This document shows, in pieces, positions 11,670 through 24,600 of a DNA stretch of 64,000 bases. A program made the translations under genes and the position numbers. The notes under the pieces were generated by a model that was given only the letters and a program-made list of their open reading frames with translations, made no database searches and was not told the DNA's origin. The DNA is from Gekko japonicus. Lineage: Eukaryota. The stretch's first letter is position 1. Every line of letters starts with the position of its first letter. Location: assembly GCF_001447785.1 (NCBI RefSeq), contig NW_015164664.1, forward strand, positions 124,001 through 188,000, read 5' to 3'.

Positions 11670-14600
11670 GTGGCTCGGCAAGGCCATTTTTATTCACTTG
11701 CTAAGGCATCGCAATGGTGAGATGAAGGGGGGAAACTCCTAATAAACCGTTAGCCTGGAATCCACCCCCTCCAAGATAATCCTTGATGTGTGAGGACTGG
11801 CGGGACTTACTCTCTATGAGGGGAATGTACTCTACACACACTATTCACATTTTGACTACGTTGCTAGTTCCAGACAGCGACCTGCCCCAAAGCTGGCTAC
11901 AGTCCTTAGAATAACAGCAGACTATTCCTTCTGGGGCCAAACCCACACCAGCTCTAATGTTTTTCTAAAGTCCTGAAGAAAAGCTGGGTGTAGGAAAGGA
12001 GACTTTTCTCAATTTGCACATCCCAATTTAACACATCCTACCACTTAGCAGTGAACTGTGCAAAACCTAAACCCAACACACCAAGCTAGATGCTTCCCAA
12101 AGAACTACAGGGAAGCTTCCGCCTCTTTGACAGCAGATGTCCCCAGTTCCCAGCATCAGCACTCTTCTTGCAGACTTAAGAAAGTCCCAGCTAGCAGCAG
12201 GACATGAAGCATGAACTGCACTGACACAGGCAGAGGATTACAGAGATTTATTTGTCACATTTTGCCCTCTAGCACATTCCACACAGCCTCTCTAGCAAAG
12301 GGGGATACTGGAAAACCCTGGAAGAGGACAGAGATTCTATGGCTACAGGGGACAAAACTGAAGTCAGGGAGGGCAAAAAAATGTCCTCAGTAGAAACAAG
12401 GTAAGACCTATCCCAGGTCAACTCCCCTCCTACAATCTACCAGTCCCAGTGGGGAAGTATGGAAGGGTATATACACTGCATGAGCTCTACCACCTCCACA
12501 ACACAATCCTAGAAGGTGGATAGCCCCAGGTCACCTGGTTCTAGAAAGAACACCCCTATCCTTGAAACCTGGCTTTAAAAAGAACACCCTCATCCTTGAG
12601 ACATGCATGGAAATCTAACAGGTAACTCCCAGATGCTCCTGAGTCCCAAATACATCCCACAGACCACACTACAAGCAACCTTAGCAAGAGTCCGATGGAG
12701 AGATACGCCATGAAGACCTGCTCTGATCCCCCGTAGCCAGCATCTTATTATTCGTCAAAGGCAAAAATACCACCATCATGCACCAAGATCAGCTCTTGCA
12801 TGCCAGCTCTATTTTCATTCATACCCCAAAGCAGCAGGGGAAGAAGAGTGGCGGGGTGTCTATTCAGTCTAACAATGCAAATAAGCCAATCCTTAAGATG
12901 CTTTAATATTCCTTTGATTCAGAGTGACAAATAAGGTTGATATTGTTCACTCTTTTGGTGTATGGTTGTGTGTGAGGTGCAGATTTCAAGCCCACATTAG
13001 AAGTTGAGAATATGAAAACAGATGGGGGCCGTTATACAATTAATCAGTCCTAATTCAATTTTGTATCTGCAAGCATCCCACTCCTCCCTAGCACAGCTCA
13101 AAGCACTCAAATGCCAGTCTCCTAGCTATGGGGGGCTGACCAGAGATTCCCAAGCTTTGGCTTACCATTTTGAAGGGTAGTGAACTTCCCTCAGCAGCCC
13201 TGACTCTGCATCAGATGCAGTTACTGTATTTACCCGAAAGGAAGACCTAATGTTTTTCCAGTCATGCTGGCAAGAAAAAGAACATATTGTCTTAAATTCA
13301 TGCATAAGTTACTGGTATGTACAGTAATAAAAAGACTGTGTGTAATCTTTTCTTTTTAAGGGTAGGGGAGTCATCTTCCTTTCTGGAAAATACAGCTTTC
13401 CAAGCAATTGCCTTGAGAAAGCAAAACTGATGTCCCATACTCATGCACCTGAAGACCACTAACCTCTGCCAGTCTCCCCATTTTCATGTTAATCACACTG
13501 CTGACTCAGCTCCACAATCTGGCAAGGGACAACTCCACGGGGAGTGGGGGAGTGTTTCTGCTGGCAAAGTGTGAAAAAGCTTTTTCTGAGTCAGACAACT
13601 GCAGTCTCCCATGGAAGTACAACAGGTAATAGTTACAAAATGCACACATAATGCAGCAAGGCCAGACTACAGCCAAAAGTCTGGTACCAGAAACCTGTCC
13701 TGTCACTGCTAGGAGGCGTTGTCTTGTCTGTCTTTTCTTTCCTGCAAGACCTGCCTATGAATTCCTATGAGACGTCCTTTCCTACAAAGGGACTTACACA
13801 AAGCAAGAAATTACTTAGCTGCAGAAAAAGAAGGCAAGCTGTGGAGTCCTCCATGGAAAGTTTTTAGCAATTAACTGTGAGTGGGAATGGAGGCCTGTGC
13901 CACTTGCTTCTCTGGACAGTGCTTCGCCTTGATTTGGGGAGCTGAAACTTCACTGTTCCCCATCTCCGGTAATACTAGTGGATTTCCAAGCACATCAAGG
14001 CAAGAAAGGATAACCTTGAAGCATCATCCCTCATCAGGTGACAAAGCCAGTTCTAGAAGGGAGCCCATCCACAGTCCCTATTTCTGCCACAGTAAATATT
14101 CCAGTGCTAGTAAGGAACAACCAAATCTGTCCCAGGGTTTCCCCTGGCTCCCAAGAGTCCTTCGCCAGAGTGATGAAGTGAACGCCAGCCTCCAAATCCA
14201 AGCTGTTCTCTCTGGGTCCTGCCTATCAGGGTCTTCAGCAAAAGCCAACTCAAGTTAGTAAGTTACAGATCCAGCGACTGTCAGGCCACTGCATCGCTAA
14301 GTGGAGTTGTGCTGTACCCCAAAGTGACAAGCCTGTTCCCCTTCCCCCAATTCAATAAAGCAGTCAGGGCTCAAGAAGCTTCAGAAGTGACAGCTGTGAG
14401 CCAACTATTATAAGGCTTAATGGATACACACACACACACACACACAGCCAATCCCTGCAATGCAACCTGTTGGCAATTCATGATTAGTTGCTGAAAGCAT
14501 AAGATTGCTGGAGGGTCCTACTATGCAGGAAAGGCCTCCAAGCCTTGTCCACCCCACACTCACCCCCCTGAGGAGCTTCCCCTAATCCCAACTTCAGACC

Positions 14601-16430
14601 CCCAGACTCGTGTACTGTAGTGTTTTGTCTGATAAATGTATAATGCTGCAAGAAAACAGTCTGTGCTTTTAGCCAATAATCTCACAGGGTTCTCTGTTAA
14701 AATATAGAGTGCCCCCCACACCCAAGGTTTACAAAAGCTTCTAGTTAATCTGCAGCTAACTTTACAGGCTACCTATAATGTACAATTCCTGCACCTGCCC
14801 AAATTCCAATGAACATGACTTGCTTGGTGCCCCTCTCCCCACCCCACTCCCCCAGCTATATACCCAAGGTGGTGCAAAACTGTTCTTAATGCTGCTCAGA
14901 GAAGCACACCTCCTACTGGTACTGTCTTTGAGGGAAGGAAAGGCACCCAATATGGAGACACTTATACTGGTTTGAGGGCTACCACAGAAAGCCCTGTCCA
15001 GATTACTTTTTTAAAAGCCTCCAAAATAGTTCATCTGTAGAAAATGCCCTTCTGGATTTATTTATTTATTTTAAAAAAAAGAAGGAAAAACATGAACATC
15101 AGGGCTCTGCTTAAGGCCAGATCCAGGTTTTCCATTTCTTGGCTGCAGCAGGACAGCCAGAAACAAACCCCAGGAGAAGTTTTGGTTTCTTAGCAACAGC
15201 TTTTAGCACCTGCTTGTCTGCTTTCAGGCAGTCAGTGTTTTAGGAAAGTGCTACCGATGGCTCAGGCAACGCCTTCAACAAGGCCGTACCTCAGCTTCCA
15301 AATAGGCCTGGTGGCTAGCACAGTCAAGAATGAACTTGATAGCCTTGTAGATCCGGCCGCTCTGCACCTCCGCACCCTTCAGCGATGGAGAGAGCCTCGC
15401 CGGATGAGGCTGAGAGTTGGAGGGAGAAGGGGTAGTTCCCCTTTATCTGCTGGGACCCTCACCTAAGGGGGAGTGAGCAGGCACGGAGCCACGTGCCTTA
15501 AAAAGACACAGACTCCTACAAAAGCCCCTCACAGAGTGCAGTGTGAAGATCTAAATACTCGGCCACCCTCACAAGCCCCAAGAGCCCAACAAAAACAAGT
15601 AAGAAGGTCCACAATTCCAGTACCCGTTACTCAGAGATCTCAACCTCTAATCACCTCCACTCTGCCTCAGGCACCCGGGATCCAGAATGCAAGGTCCCAA
15701 AGTGCCAGACATACCATCAGGGTTCAAAACAAAAGTGTGAGGAGAGTTGTGACCATGAAGGCATCGTCCAAAGTCCTGCAACAGTAGACAGGCGTGAACC
15801 AAGTTCGGTATGCCTCAACAGCTTTGCATGGTTGCTTGCCTCATTATTTATCAATTTCCTGATTCAGTGGGAATGAAATTATTCTTGCTGTAACCATCTC
15901 TCTTGTGACAGCCTTGTTCCTCCCGAGAGCACAACTTTCTCTCCCCCACCCCTTCTTCCCACCAGAAAAATGCAGACAGGGAGGGACCTTGCAACTCAAG
16001 CAGCCATGGGATGTGCATATCGCCTTCCCACCCATTTTTTTCATCAAGGCTTAGGGTACTAAGTCAAACGATGGTTGAGGCAGAGATCAGGCGAAGGGCT
16101 GATGTCAACACAAAGTGGCTCCCTTCTGACCATCACTGACCCATCTCAGCTGATGCTGCCCCATGAATTCAGAGAATGCTCCTTCAGGGCACGAAGAGTC
16201 TTTTGGCCATGTTTGGAATGCTTCCCCAGCTCCTTGCAGGGAGGTCTGGCTGTGGCTTGGAGGGCTTATGGTAGACTCGGGAAGAGACGTGGCACTTAAC
16301 AGGATCTCCTTCTTCCTGTTGCAGTTAGCTCTTCTTCCCAGCTGGCTTGAAGAGCAGTAAGACCAACCCCCGGTACTCTCCATGTTCCAGACTCTTCTGG
16401 GGGGTGCAAAGCTCCAAAACCAGAAGGGCA
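11670..16430 (-). other. FOXO4: Predicted non-coding terminal exon (long 3' UTR) of FOXO4
   Basis: Acceptor ttctttctctctccag at 16431-16446 (minus strand) pairs with the donor AG|gtaggt after 18635; candidate AATAAA (minus) at 11689-11694; almost free of repeats. The 3' end is uncertain. Confidence 0.55.
14426..14445. repeat. (CA)n microsatellite
   Basis: About 10 CA units. Confidence 0.9.
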
Positions 16431-17735
16431 CTGGAGAGAGAAAGAAGCAAGTACTTATTTGTCTACAGGGTACAGATGGCAACAGAAGCACACACAAACT
16501 CAGAACACATCAAGTCCTAAGAAAAATTAGTTTCTATATATCAGCATCCCCCTTTAGGCAGAACCTTAATTTCTTGAGCTAGAATCTGCAGACCAGATCA
16601 GACACAGGGTCCCTTTGACCTAGGAGCCTGTGTTTACTAACAGATGTTTGCAAGACTCTCCCACACCAGACAAATGTAGGTTAATCTGCCCCCAACAGAG
16701 GCTCCATCGTAATCCTCCAATGTCAGATTGCTTTCAGTCTCAAAACTCAAGAGCTTGTGTTCTTTGTAATAAATTACAAGTTGGGAAGCCCAGGCTGTTT
16801 TCCCATCCTAGTTTCTGGCATCAAGTACACTCTGTCATAAAATGTTCCACATTTTATGTGCCCTTGCTCTATCGTCTTGCTCTACTTTCCTCTACCTCAA
16901 GAGACCAGAATGAACTCCCAACCTTATACAGTAATTCCCCAATTACCATTTTGCTTTCTTCAGTAACTGGAGCAGGAACAAGCGTTTGAGTTTGGCGAGA
17001 ACCTGACATGTTTTCCTGGGCAATACTCTCTCGAGCATTCAGAAAGTAGAATTAAAATTGGGACAGAAACAGTGAAGAGGATTGCTTATCCCTAGTACCA
17101 AAACAGCCAGTCACCTAATCTCCCATGGCACGTGCAAATAATATCCAGGCAAACTTTACAGAAGCTGGCTCCTCTTTTGATATGGGAAAAAAATGACAAG
17201 CATACATGTATGTGTAGGCAGGCAGCCTACTAAACTTTTTGTGGCCTATAAAATTCTTAAGACTTACTCCTAATATTAATGAGACACTTTCCAGAACAGT
17301 GCCTTCCTTCTCTGTAATTCCAAATGCCTGTCTGCATTAGGGAGTATGACTCTGGCCTTTCTAGAAACTCCTTGTATGATAAAAATTTACATTAGACAGC
17401 TAGGGCTTGCAAAGGAGGAAACAAGAAGGAATAGTCAACTTCACCAGACTAGGGGTTTCTAATCCTGTACAGTGTATGTACATGAAGATCCTACTCTTGA
17501 CACATTGCCACAGATATATCTCTGCCTTGGTGCCATGACTAACAGGACATCCTTGGGGCAAAGACTCGCCTGCTGTCCACAAAGGAAACAGGAAGAAGAA
17601 TTTATAGCATGTTTTCAGTAGCTAATTAAAAGGGCCTCAGTGATTTGATGTCACATCCACCTCACAAGAAGACAAGGCTCTGAAGACAAGCCCTGTGTGA
17701 GGCCAAATGGAACTAGAAGTACTTTGTTAGGTTGA

Positions 17736-17875
17736 CAGATCAAGATGGGTAGTTGTATTAGTCTGTCTGTAGCAGCAGAAAAGAGCAAGAGTCCAGTGGC
17801 ACCTTAAAGACTAATGAAATATGTGGCAGGGTATGAGCTTTTGTGAGTCACTGCTCACTTCTTTAGATACAGCTA
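17736..17875. mobile_element. Penelope-like element pseudo-LTR remnant
   Basis: agatcaagatgggtag...gagtccagtggcaccttaaagacta...gagcttttgtgagtcactgctcacttctttagatac; same family as 35058 and 37059, with a degenerate hammerhead motif on the minus strand. Confidence 0.6.
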
Positions 17876-18651
17876 GCTTTGTTAGGGTGAGTCCAGTGAA
17901 GGCATGCAGATTACCCACTGCACTGCTATCTGTGTGTCACCAAGCTGTTGTTTAATTTGTTACCCTAGAAACATTAAAGCAGATTTAAAGCAATGGAAGT
18001 TAAACCTCAATCTAACAAGACACAATCATGTCTAAGAAGATTCACCCAAGGAGATCTTGAAGGCTGTATCTGCTCTTTCTGTTTATCATTCCCATGATAA
18101 GAACCACCTATTAACGAATAGTTAATAGGCTGCTGTGAAACTGAACAGACTTTCACTTGGAGTCAAAACTAAGTACTGGGAGGGGAAGCTGGAAGAAGTT
18201 TCCAAAAGGCAGCAGTTATGGAAGCAGAATCAGGCCCACCAGCCATGCAATTTTATTCTGCTCTTTCCACTCACCTTCACATCCCTGAGAAGAGAAGCAT
18301 ATATTCCATGGTAACAGATTCCCAAAGTTCCCCTGACATAACAATTGCTTGGGCTAGAACAGCAAATTGGATTAAATTCAAGACTACATAATTCTCACTG
18401 AGCACTAGGAACAATTTTCAGCCCTATTTAAGGCTGGCACAAAAATGTGATACTGACTCCTAGACATGCAAAATGTTTTTCAAAGCCCTGGACAAAGCAA
18501 CCTGTACTCTGGGTCTTTTCCAAACCGACGACTGTCTGAAACAGGAGGAAACATTGCTTAAGTATAAGGCTGGGAGAACTGATAAACTGACTGCAAGCTG
18601 TAACTTCAGCTCCAGCTGTGATACATTCACCTACCTTTGTCAATCCTGAAG

Positions 18652-21600
18652 TTAACTGGGTACCCAAGTGTGGTTGGAGGCCTGCGAGGTGCTGGGGTAG
18701 GTAGGAGCAGAAGGAATGGGTTCAAAATTGAAGTCCAGCCCTTCTCCATCCATGAGGTCGGTATTGATAATGTAATCCACATCACATTCAAGGTTCTCCA
18801 TGTACATATCAACATCCAAGTCATTAGGCAGCCTATCCTGATTACCTCCAAAAGGAGTAAGAGTGGCGGCAGACAGAGGTGGCAGGGCACCCAGCTGGAC
18901 CACCTGGGTAGACTGTGCTGGGCTGGATGCCTTCAAAGTGGACAGGCCTGCCGCATTCTGCGGAGCCGTCACCATGGTAAGGGCAGAGGCCAAAGCAGTG
19001 GTACCGACTGAATCCAACTGCTGTTCCGAAGGCTTTCTGAGCAGGTTAACGGGGCTCATCTTGCTTTTAGAGGATTGGTCCCCCAGGAGCAGAAAAGTCT
19101 GGCTGTTCAACCTGCCTCCACTCTGTGGGAGGATAGGATCTACCTGTGTCATCATCACATCACTAGGAGGTGGTGAGTTGGAGGTCAGGAGGGCTTCCAG
19201 TGTCTGTGGGCCAGAGAAATGGCCACCAGAGCTGTGCAGCGAGATATCAACAGGGTTGAAGAGGGAGCTGCCAAATGATGGTGCCTGAGTAGCTGTGCTC
19301 TGGTTCTGCAAGGAAAAACTGGGAGTTCTGTGGGACAGACCACTCGAAGTATGCTGCTGAGCTGACAGCAAGGATGAACTCGGCGACATCAGGTTTAGGC
19401 CATCAATGAGCTCCAGCTCCTCTGTCACAGTCGGTGGAACGTTGCTAGATGCACTGGAGTAGACGAGGGAAGGGAGGAGCTCCTCATCGGGAAGGTCATC
19501 CTGCTCAGTCAGGATTGGAGAAAGTCCTAAACTGATGGTGCTGGCATTGGAACTGGTTCGAGGCCGGATACTGGTCCACACATCAGAGTCCTCATTGCTT
19601 CTTGCTGAGGGGCTGCCAGGCCACTTGGGGTACTGAGAGGTTGGACTGTCAGCAGGAGGTTCTGAGGCCACCTGCATAGCCGCCTTTTTCTTTGAGGCTT
19701 TCCCCCGGACCTTTGCCAGTTTGCTGCTGTTGTCCATGGAGGCAGCTCTCCTCCGTGGAGCCTTCCCACTTTTACCACCTTCTGGATTGAGCATCCACCA
19801 AGAGCTCTTCCCTGTAGCTTCATTGTGCACTTTAATGAACTTGCTATGCAGAGACAGGTTATGCCGGATGGAGTTCTAAGGAGAAACAATGGGAAGAATA
19901 GCACATTAGCAACATTTCCAGCTTCCTTTCATACAATCTAACCCAAAAAAACAACACCCCTGAGGAGAAGAATGACCCACAGAGGTGCCAGCAAGCCTAG
20001 AGATGTTTCTTGGCTATCAGTATGATGAAAAGCTTGTCTGGCTTTCCAGTAAACCACTCATTCAGAAAAGTATCTCCGTGAGATCTATTTAAAACATTTG
20101 TTCAAGCAGCCTGTACTATTCCTGACATGAGATTACATTCAGCTGGGGGCAGGGTTGGCTATTCAAAATACAATAGGCCCAAGATGGTGAGCAAGTAAAA
20201 CCTCTGGAGCAGTCACACCTACCTGGGATTCTTCTGCCTGCAGAGAACCTCTTTACAGTGTTCACGAGGAGGGGGGGGGAATTCAGCACACCACAGACCA
20301 CTCATGGCTGCTCTTGATTTAGAACGGGAGTCTCATCCCAGTGGTTTGCAAACTGTGAGAGGCTATACAACCCCGCCCCAGAGGGAATGAGCCAACTCTG
20401 CTGGCTAAGAACAACCTCCTCCCCACCCCCAAGGAATGGCTGCTGTCTAATTGCCTAACCACAAGACTTTGGCTCTGCTTACTTCAGTGTGACTTGAAAC
20501 CAAGAGGTTCAGAACAGCATGTAACTTCCTAGGAATAGTAGTAAGGTTTTGTTTCTGGGTAACAGGCCTGCTCAGCCAGAACCACAATGTGCTAAGCCTT
20601 GCGTCAAGAAGCGTCCTTGGCCCAACAGCAGAACTGTTCTGGTACACTGGAGCTGCCGGATGGAGTCATCAAACCCTTGATTTCTCTTTGGAAAAGTAAG
20701 GCATTTTTCAAGATTTTTGGTTTACAAATAAAAAGGCAGAAACAATGGCATGACAGCACACAGAGAGTACATGCACCATACCATATTAAGCCCTGATAGT
20801 TTAGGGATTGAGCCAAAACTGTACTGGTTAAAGTACCCAGGACCTATGCGAAGGCAAAAATCTAATATGTAAAAAACCAGAGTTCAAGGTTTACTCAGCC
20901 TCAAATCAGATGCTGCTACTACAAAGAAAGCAAATGAGTATCACAGAGCAAGCAATCATAGGAAAATCCAGAGGAAACCTGAAGGGGGGAAAAAGATGAA
21001 CTAGCAAAAAGCATGGAGCCACATAGTTAAGAACAGAGCTGACTTTGGCCAAGTGATATTTAATCCAAATTAAGCATTTACAATTATTGACAGCTTAACC
21101 TGCAATCTAACAGCACTCATTACTATCTGCCCACCCCAATTTTCTGTGTGATTTCAACAGCACTTTCTGCTACACCCAGACCAAGACTGTCTGAACAGCA
21201 TTTTTAAAAAAATAAAAAGCACACTACAGGGAATTATAAGATTGGTCTGTTGTTACTTAGAAAGCCGAACCCCACCTCCCAATTCCCTCTCACACAAATA
21301 GAGGCTTAGGGTAAGTGTTCTGATACTCCACTCATTCTTGAAGACAAAAATACAAACAAATCACATTGCCATTCAAAATATCTTCCTACTGGTTTAACCC
21401 CTGATTCATTACCCAACCCCTTTCATAGCAAAATAGGTCACACACCATCTCTTGAAAATACATGGGCTCATATTTCAGTGATCCTTCCAGGGAAACAGGG
21501 CAACGGAGTCACAACAGCCACCTTGGATGTTCTACCACATACCTTTGCCATTTCAACATGGTACATATATGTATCATGGTGCTGCTACTAGGGAAACCTA

Positions 21601-24600
21601 AATGAATTCTAACCATTGGCTGAAGAGGGGCACAGGGAAGGAAAGTCTCAAAATGTAAAGAACTCAAGTCACTTAGAATTTTATCTATCTCCTGTTCTCC
21701 CTCCTCCCAAAAAATCCCAGCTTTCCAAACCAGCACATTTATGCAAGAGAGAACTCAAAGTCTTGAATTCTTCAATAGCTGAATTTAGTTAATACAAATC
21801 AGGCCTGTACTTGCATCAACCCACAGAAGGGGGGGGGGGAACCACTGGCATGATTTGTATGTATTGCCTAAGATCTATTAAACCCCATGAACAAATGTTC
21901 TAAAATATAAGTTAATAAAGGAATGAATAGAAGAAATTACCAAGCCAGCCGCAAAGCCTCCTCGATAACTTGGTAGGGTGGGGAGGAGAGGTGACAGCAC
22001 TCTGTTCTTTATGTAGCCATGCACCTATTTTAAAAATAGCCCCATGTTACTTGTTTCCCCTTTGCCCTTTATCTGAGGGATGCTAATGGAAACACAAGAG
22101 TGAAAGTGACTAGCGGTGAATTAATTTGTTTTGCCCCATTTTCATTACAGGGGCATTTTGACCAGCTTTTAAGAAAACTCAGTCTCAGAAAATGCTTATC
22201 AGGTAAATGCTACTGCCTGACATTGACATTCTCTCTCTCTCTCAACCCCCTTTCAACATTATACTTTTTTCTCTTTCCTTCAGATTTCCTGGAAATTCTT
22301 CCTCCTGGAAACTTACAGCTGTCATGGGCATGGATGAGGATGAGCTGACAGAGCCTGCAGAAACCACAGCTGGCCTCTCTGAAGCGGCAGAGGAGGATAG
22401 CTGGCAAGTGTCTGTAACAGCAGTCTTCACACCTGGCCCAGATAAGAAGGAATAACTGCAAGCTGAAAGTCCTCCTAATTCACCCCCAGTGTGACATTTG
22501 AGAGAGCATGTGATGTGTTTAAGGGAGCAACTGCGGCAAAACTTAGCAACCAGGCAAAGAGAGGCCAGGCTATAAGGGAGCCGCTCAGCCAGCCCAGAGT
22601 TCTAACAGGAGCCTGGCAGATCGTGCAGCTGGCTAATTGGTAGCAGCATTTAACTCCACACTCTGGGCAGTACTCTTCATGGAAGCAACAAGTCAGCTTT
22701 GTGCTGCTAGCATCCACTTTGGCTCGGCTCTTGCACCTAGACCTTCGGACCCCCTGGCTTTGGACTTGGCTCTATGTTCCTGACCCCGGCTTGGCTTTCG
22801 ACTACGTTTCTGGTTAGTGATTTGAACTTGGCTCTGTGTTTCTGGCTCCTGACCCTGGCTTGGCTTTATGGACTTTGCACTATCTTTATGGCTCCTGACC
22901 TTAGCCTGTTCTGAACTCCTTTTAACTGGCACCCCAGCCCATAACAACAACTTTCTGAATTATCTGCTTGCTTTGGAACATCAAGTTCGGTCAGGAGAGA
23001 ATCATTAGAGACAAGTTAAGACTCATGGTTCTCTGGGTTCTGCCCCATACACAGTCCATCCCAATTAAATGTGTCATCTCCCACCTGGAGTGGTTCTGAA
23101 AATGCCTGGTTAGTGCCCACCCAGAGTTCCTTAAACACTCCAAGAATTTGGCAGCAAACTGGCCTGATCAGGAGAAGAAATTATGGTTTTTTAAAAACAA
23201 AATTTGATGCATCTAATGCTCAGAATTGCCTCAAGACAAAACACACATTGTCTATCAAATTGCAAGATGCCAAGGAAGAAGTTACCATTCTCCAACACAG
23301 TTGGTAGATTTTCAGAGCCAAAGAGCATCAATCTACTCACTCCTTCTTTGTACCATATTAATGCCCCTGCTCCAGAAAACTTACAGTCTGAAGTCTGATA
23401 CAGGAATAGGGCACAGCAAAGATAAAAGAGAACAGCAATAGAAAAGAGTAAGGATCAAGTAGCACCTTAAAGACTAATAAACTAGTAAGCTACTGCATTC
23501 TATGTACGTTGGCTTCACTGAGATCAGAAATAAAGAAGAGTTTGGTAACGGCTTCATAAAAAGTTGGGGGTTGAGGCAGTATGTGAACAGAAAGTGGCTG
23601 CCTCACACAGGCATTCCAAGAGACAGAGAAGCCGGTTTTCTACAGAGAAGCAAATTATTCACCACCTCACAAGTCATACAAGTCATACAAGCCCTTTGTT
23701 GTTCAGACGCAGTCGAGTCCGACTCTTCGCGACCCCATGGACCAGATCACGCTAGGCTTTTCTGTCTTCCGCCGTCCTCTGAAGTTTGCTCAATTTCATG
23801 TTCATTGCATCTATGACACTGTCTAACCATCTCATCCTTTGCCATCCCCGTCTTCTTTGACCTTCAATCTTTCCCAGCATCAGGGTCTTCTCCAGTGAGT
23901 GCTCCCTTCTCATTCGGTGGCCAAAGTATTTGAGCTTCAGTTTCATTATCTGGCCTTCCAGGGAACAGTCAGGGTTGATTTCTTTTAGGATTGACTGATC
24001 TGATCTTCTTGCAAGCATGCAATACTCTAGAAAACCCTGTCCCTGGGATTTTTCTAGTTCACAGAACCAGACAGTTCAAGTGCCACTGTCCAAGCTTTCC
24101 TTCTCCATATCCTGCCTCCCAGTGGGAGCAATGATCTTCCACACCATTCAGTCATGTAAGAAGGAAATATCACCAAGTTAAATCGACTGAACAGCGAGTG
24201 GCTCTATTTCCTACTGCTAATGCCCCCTCCACCCCAAGCCTTATAAACATTGCTTCCAAGTATTTCACTCAAAAACTGTAGCTCATCAAGTTCAACTTTA
24301 CCAAAATCCATTTCCTTCTCCCACAGAATTAAATTGGGAAGGAAGAGAGAAGAGGTGGAAACAGACAAGTACCATATGCTAAAATACAGACCCAACTGAA
24401 GCCATACAAAAAACATTAAAAGACAGACTGAAATGGGGGGGGGGGGGGAGAGAAGCATCAACAGGGGTAACAAGTGGAGCTGCATTAGTACCATTAAAGC
24501 AGTTCTCTTGGGGCCCGACACAGCTGCAGGGCAATCTTGGCACATGCTCAGCAGGAGAAACAGCTTTCATAAACTGGCAAGAACAGCAGTAAGGTTTTCC

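Noticed and set aside
18637-19288. Plus-strand ORFs overlapping FOXO4 exon 2
   Set aside because: Antisense shadows of a real coding exon.
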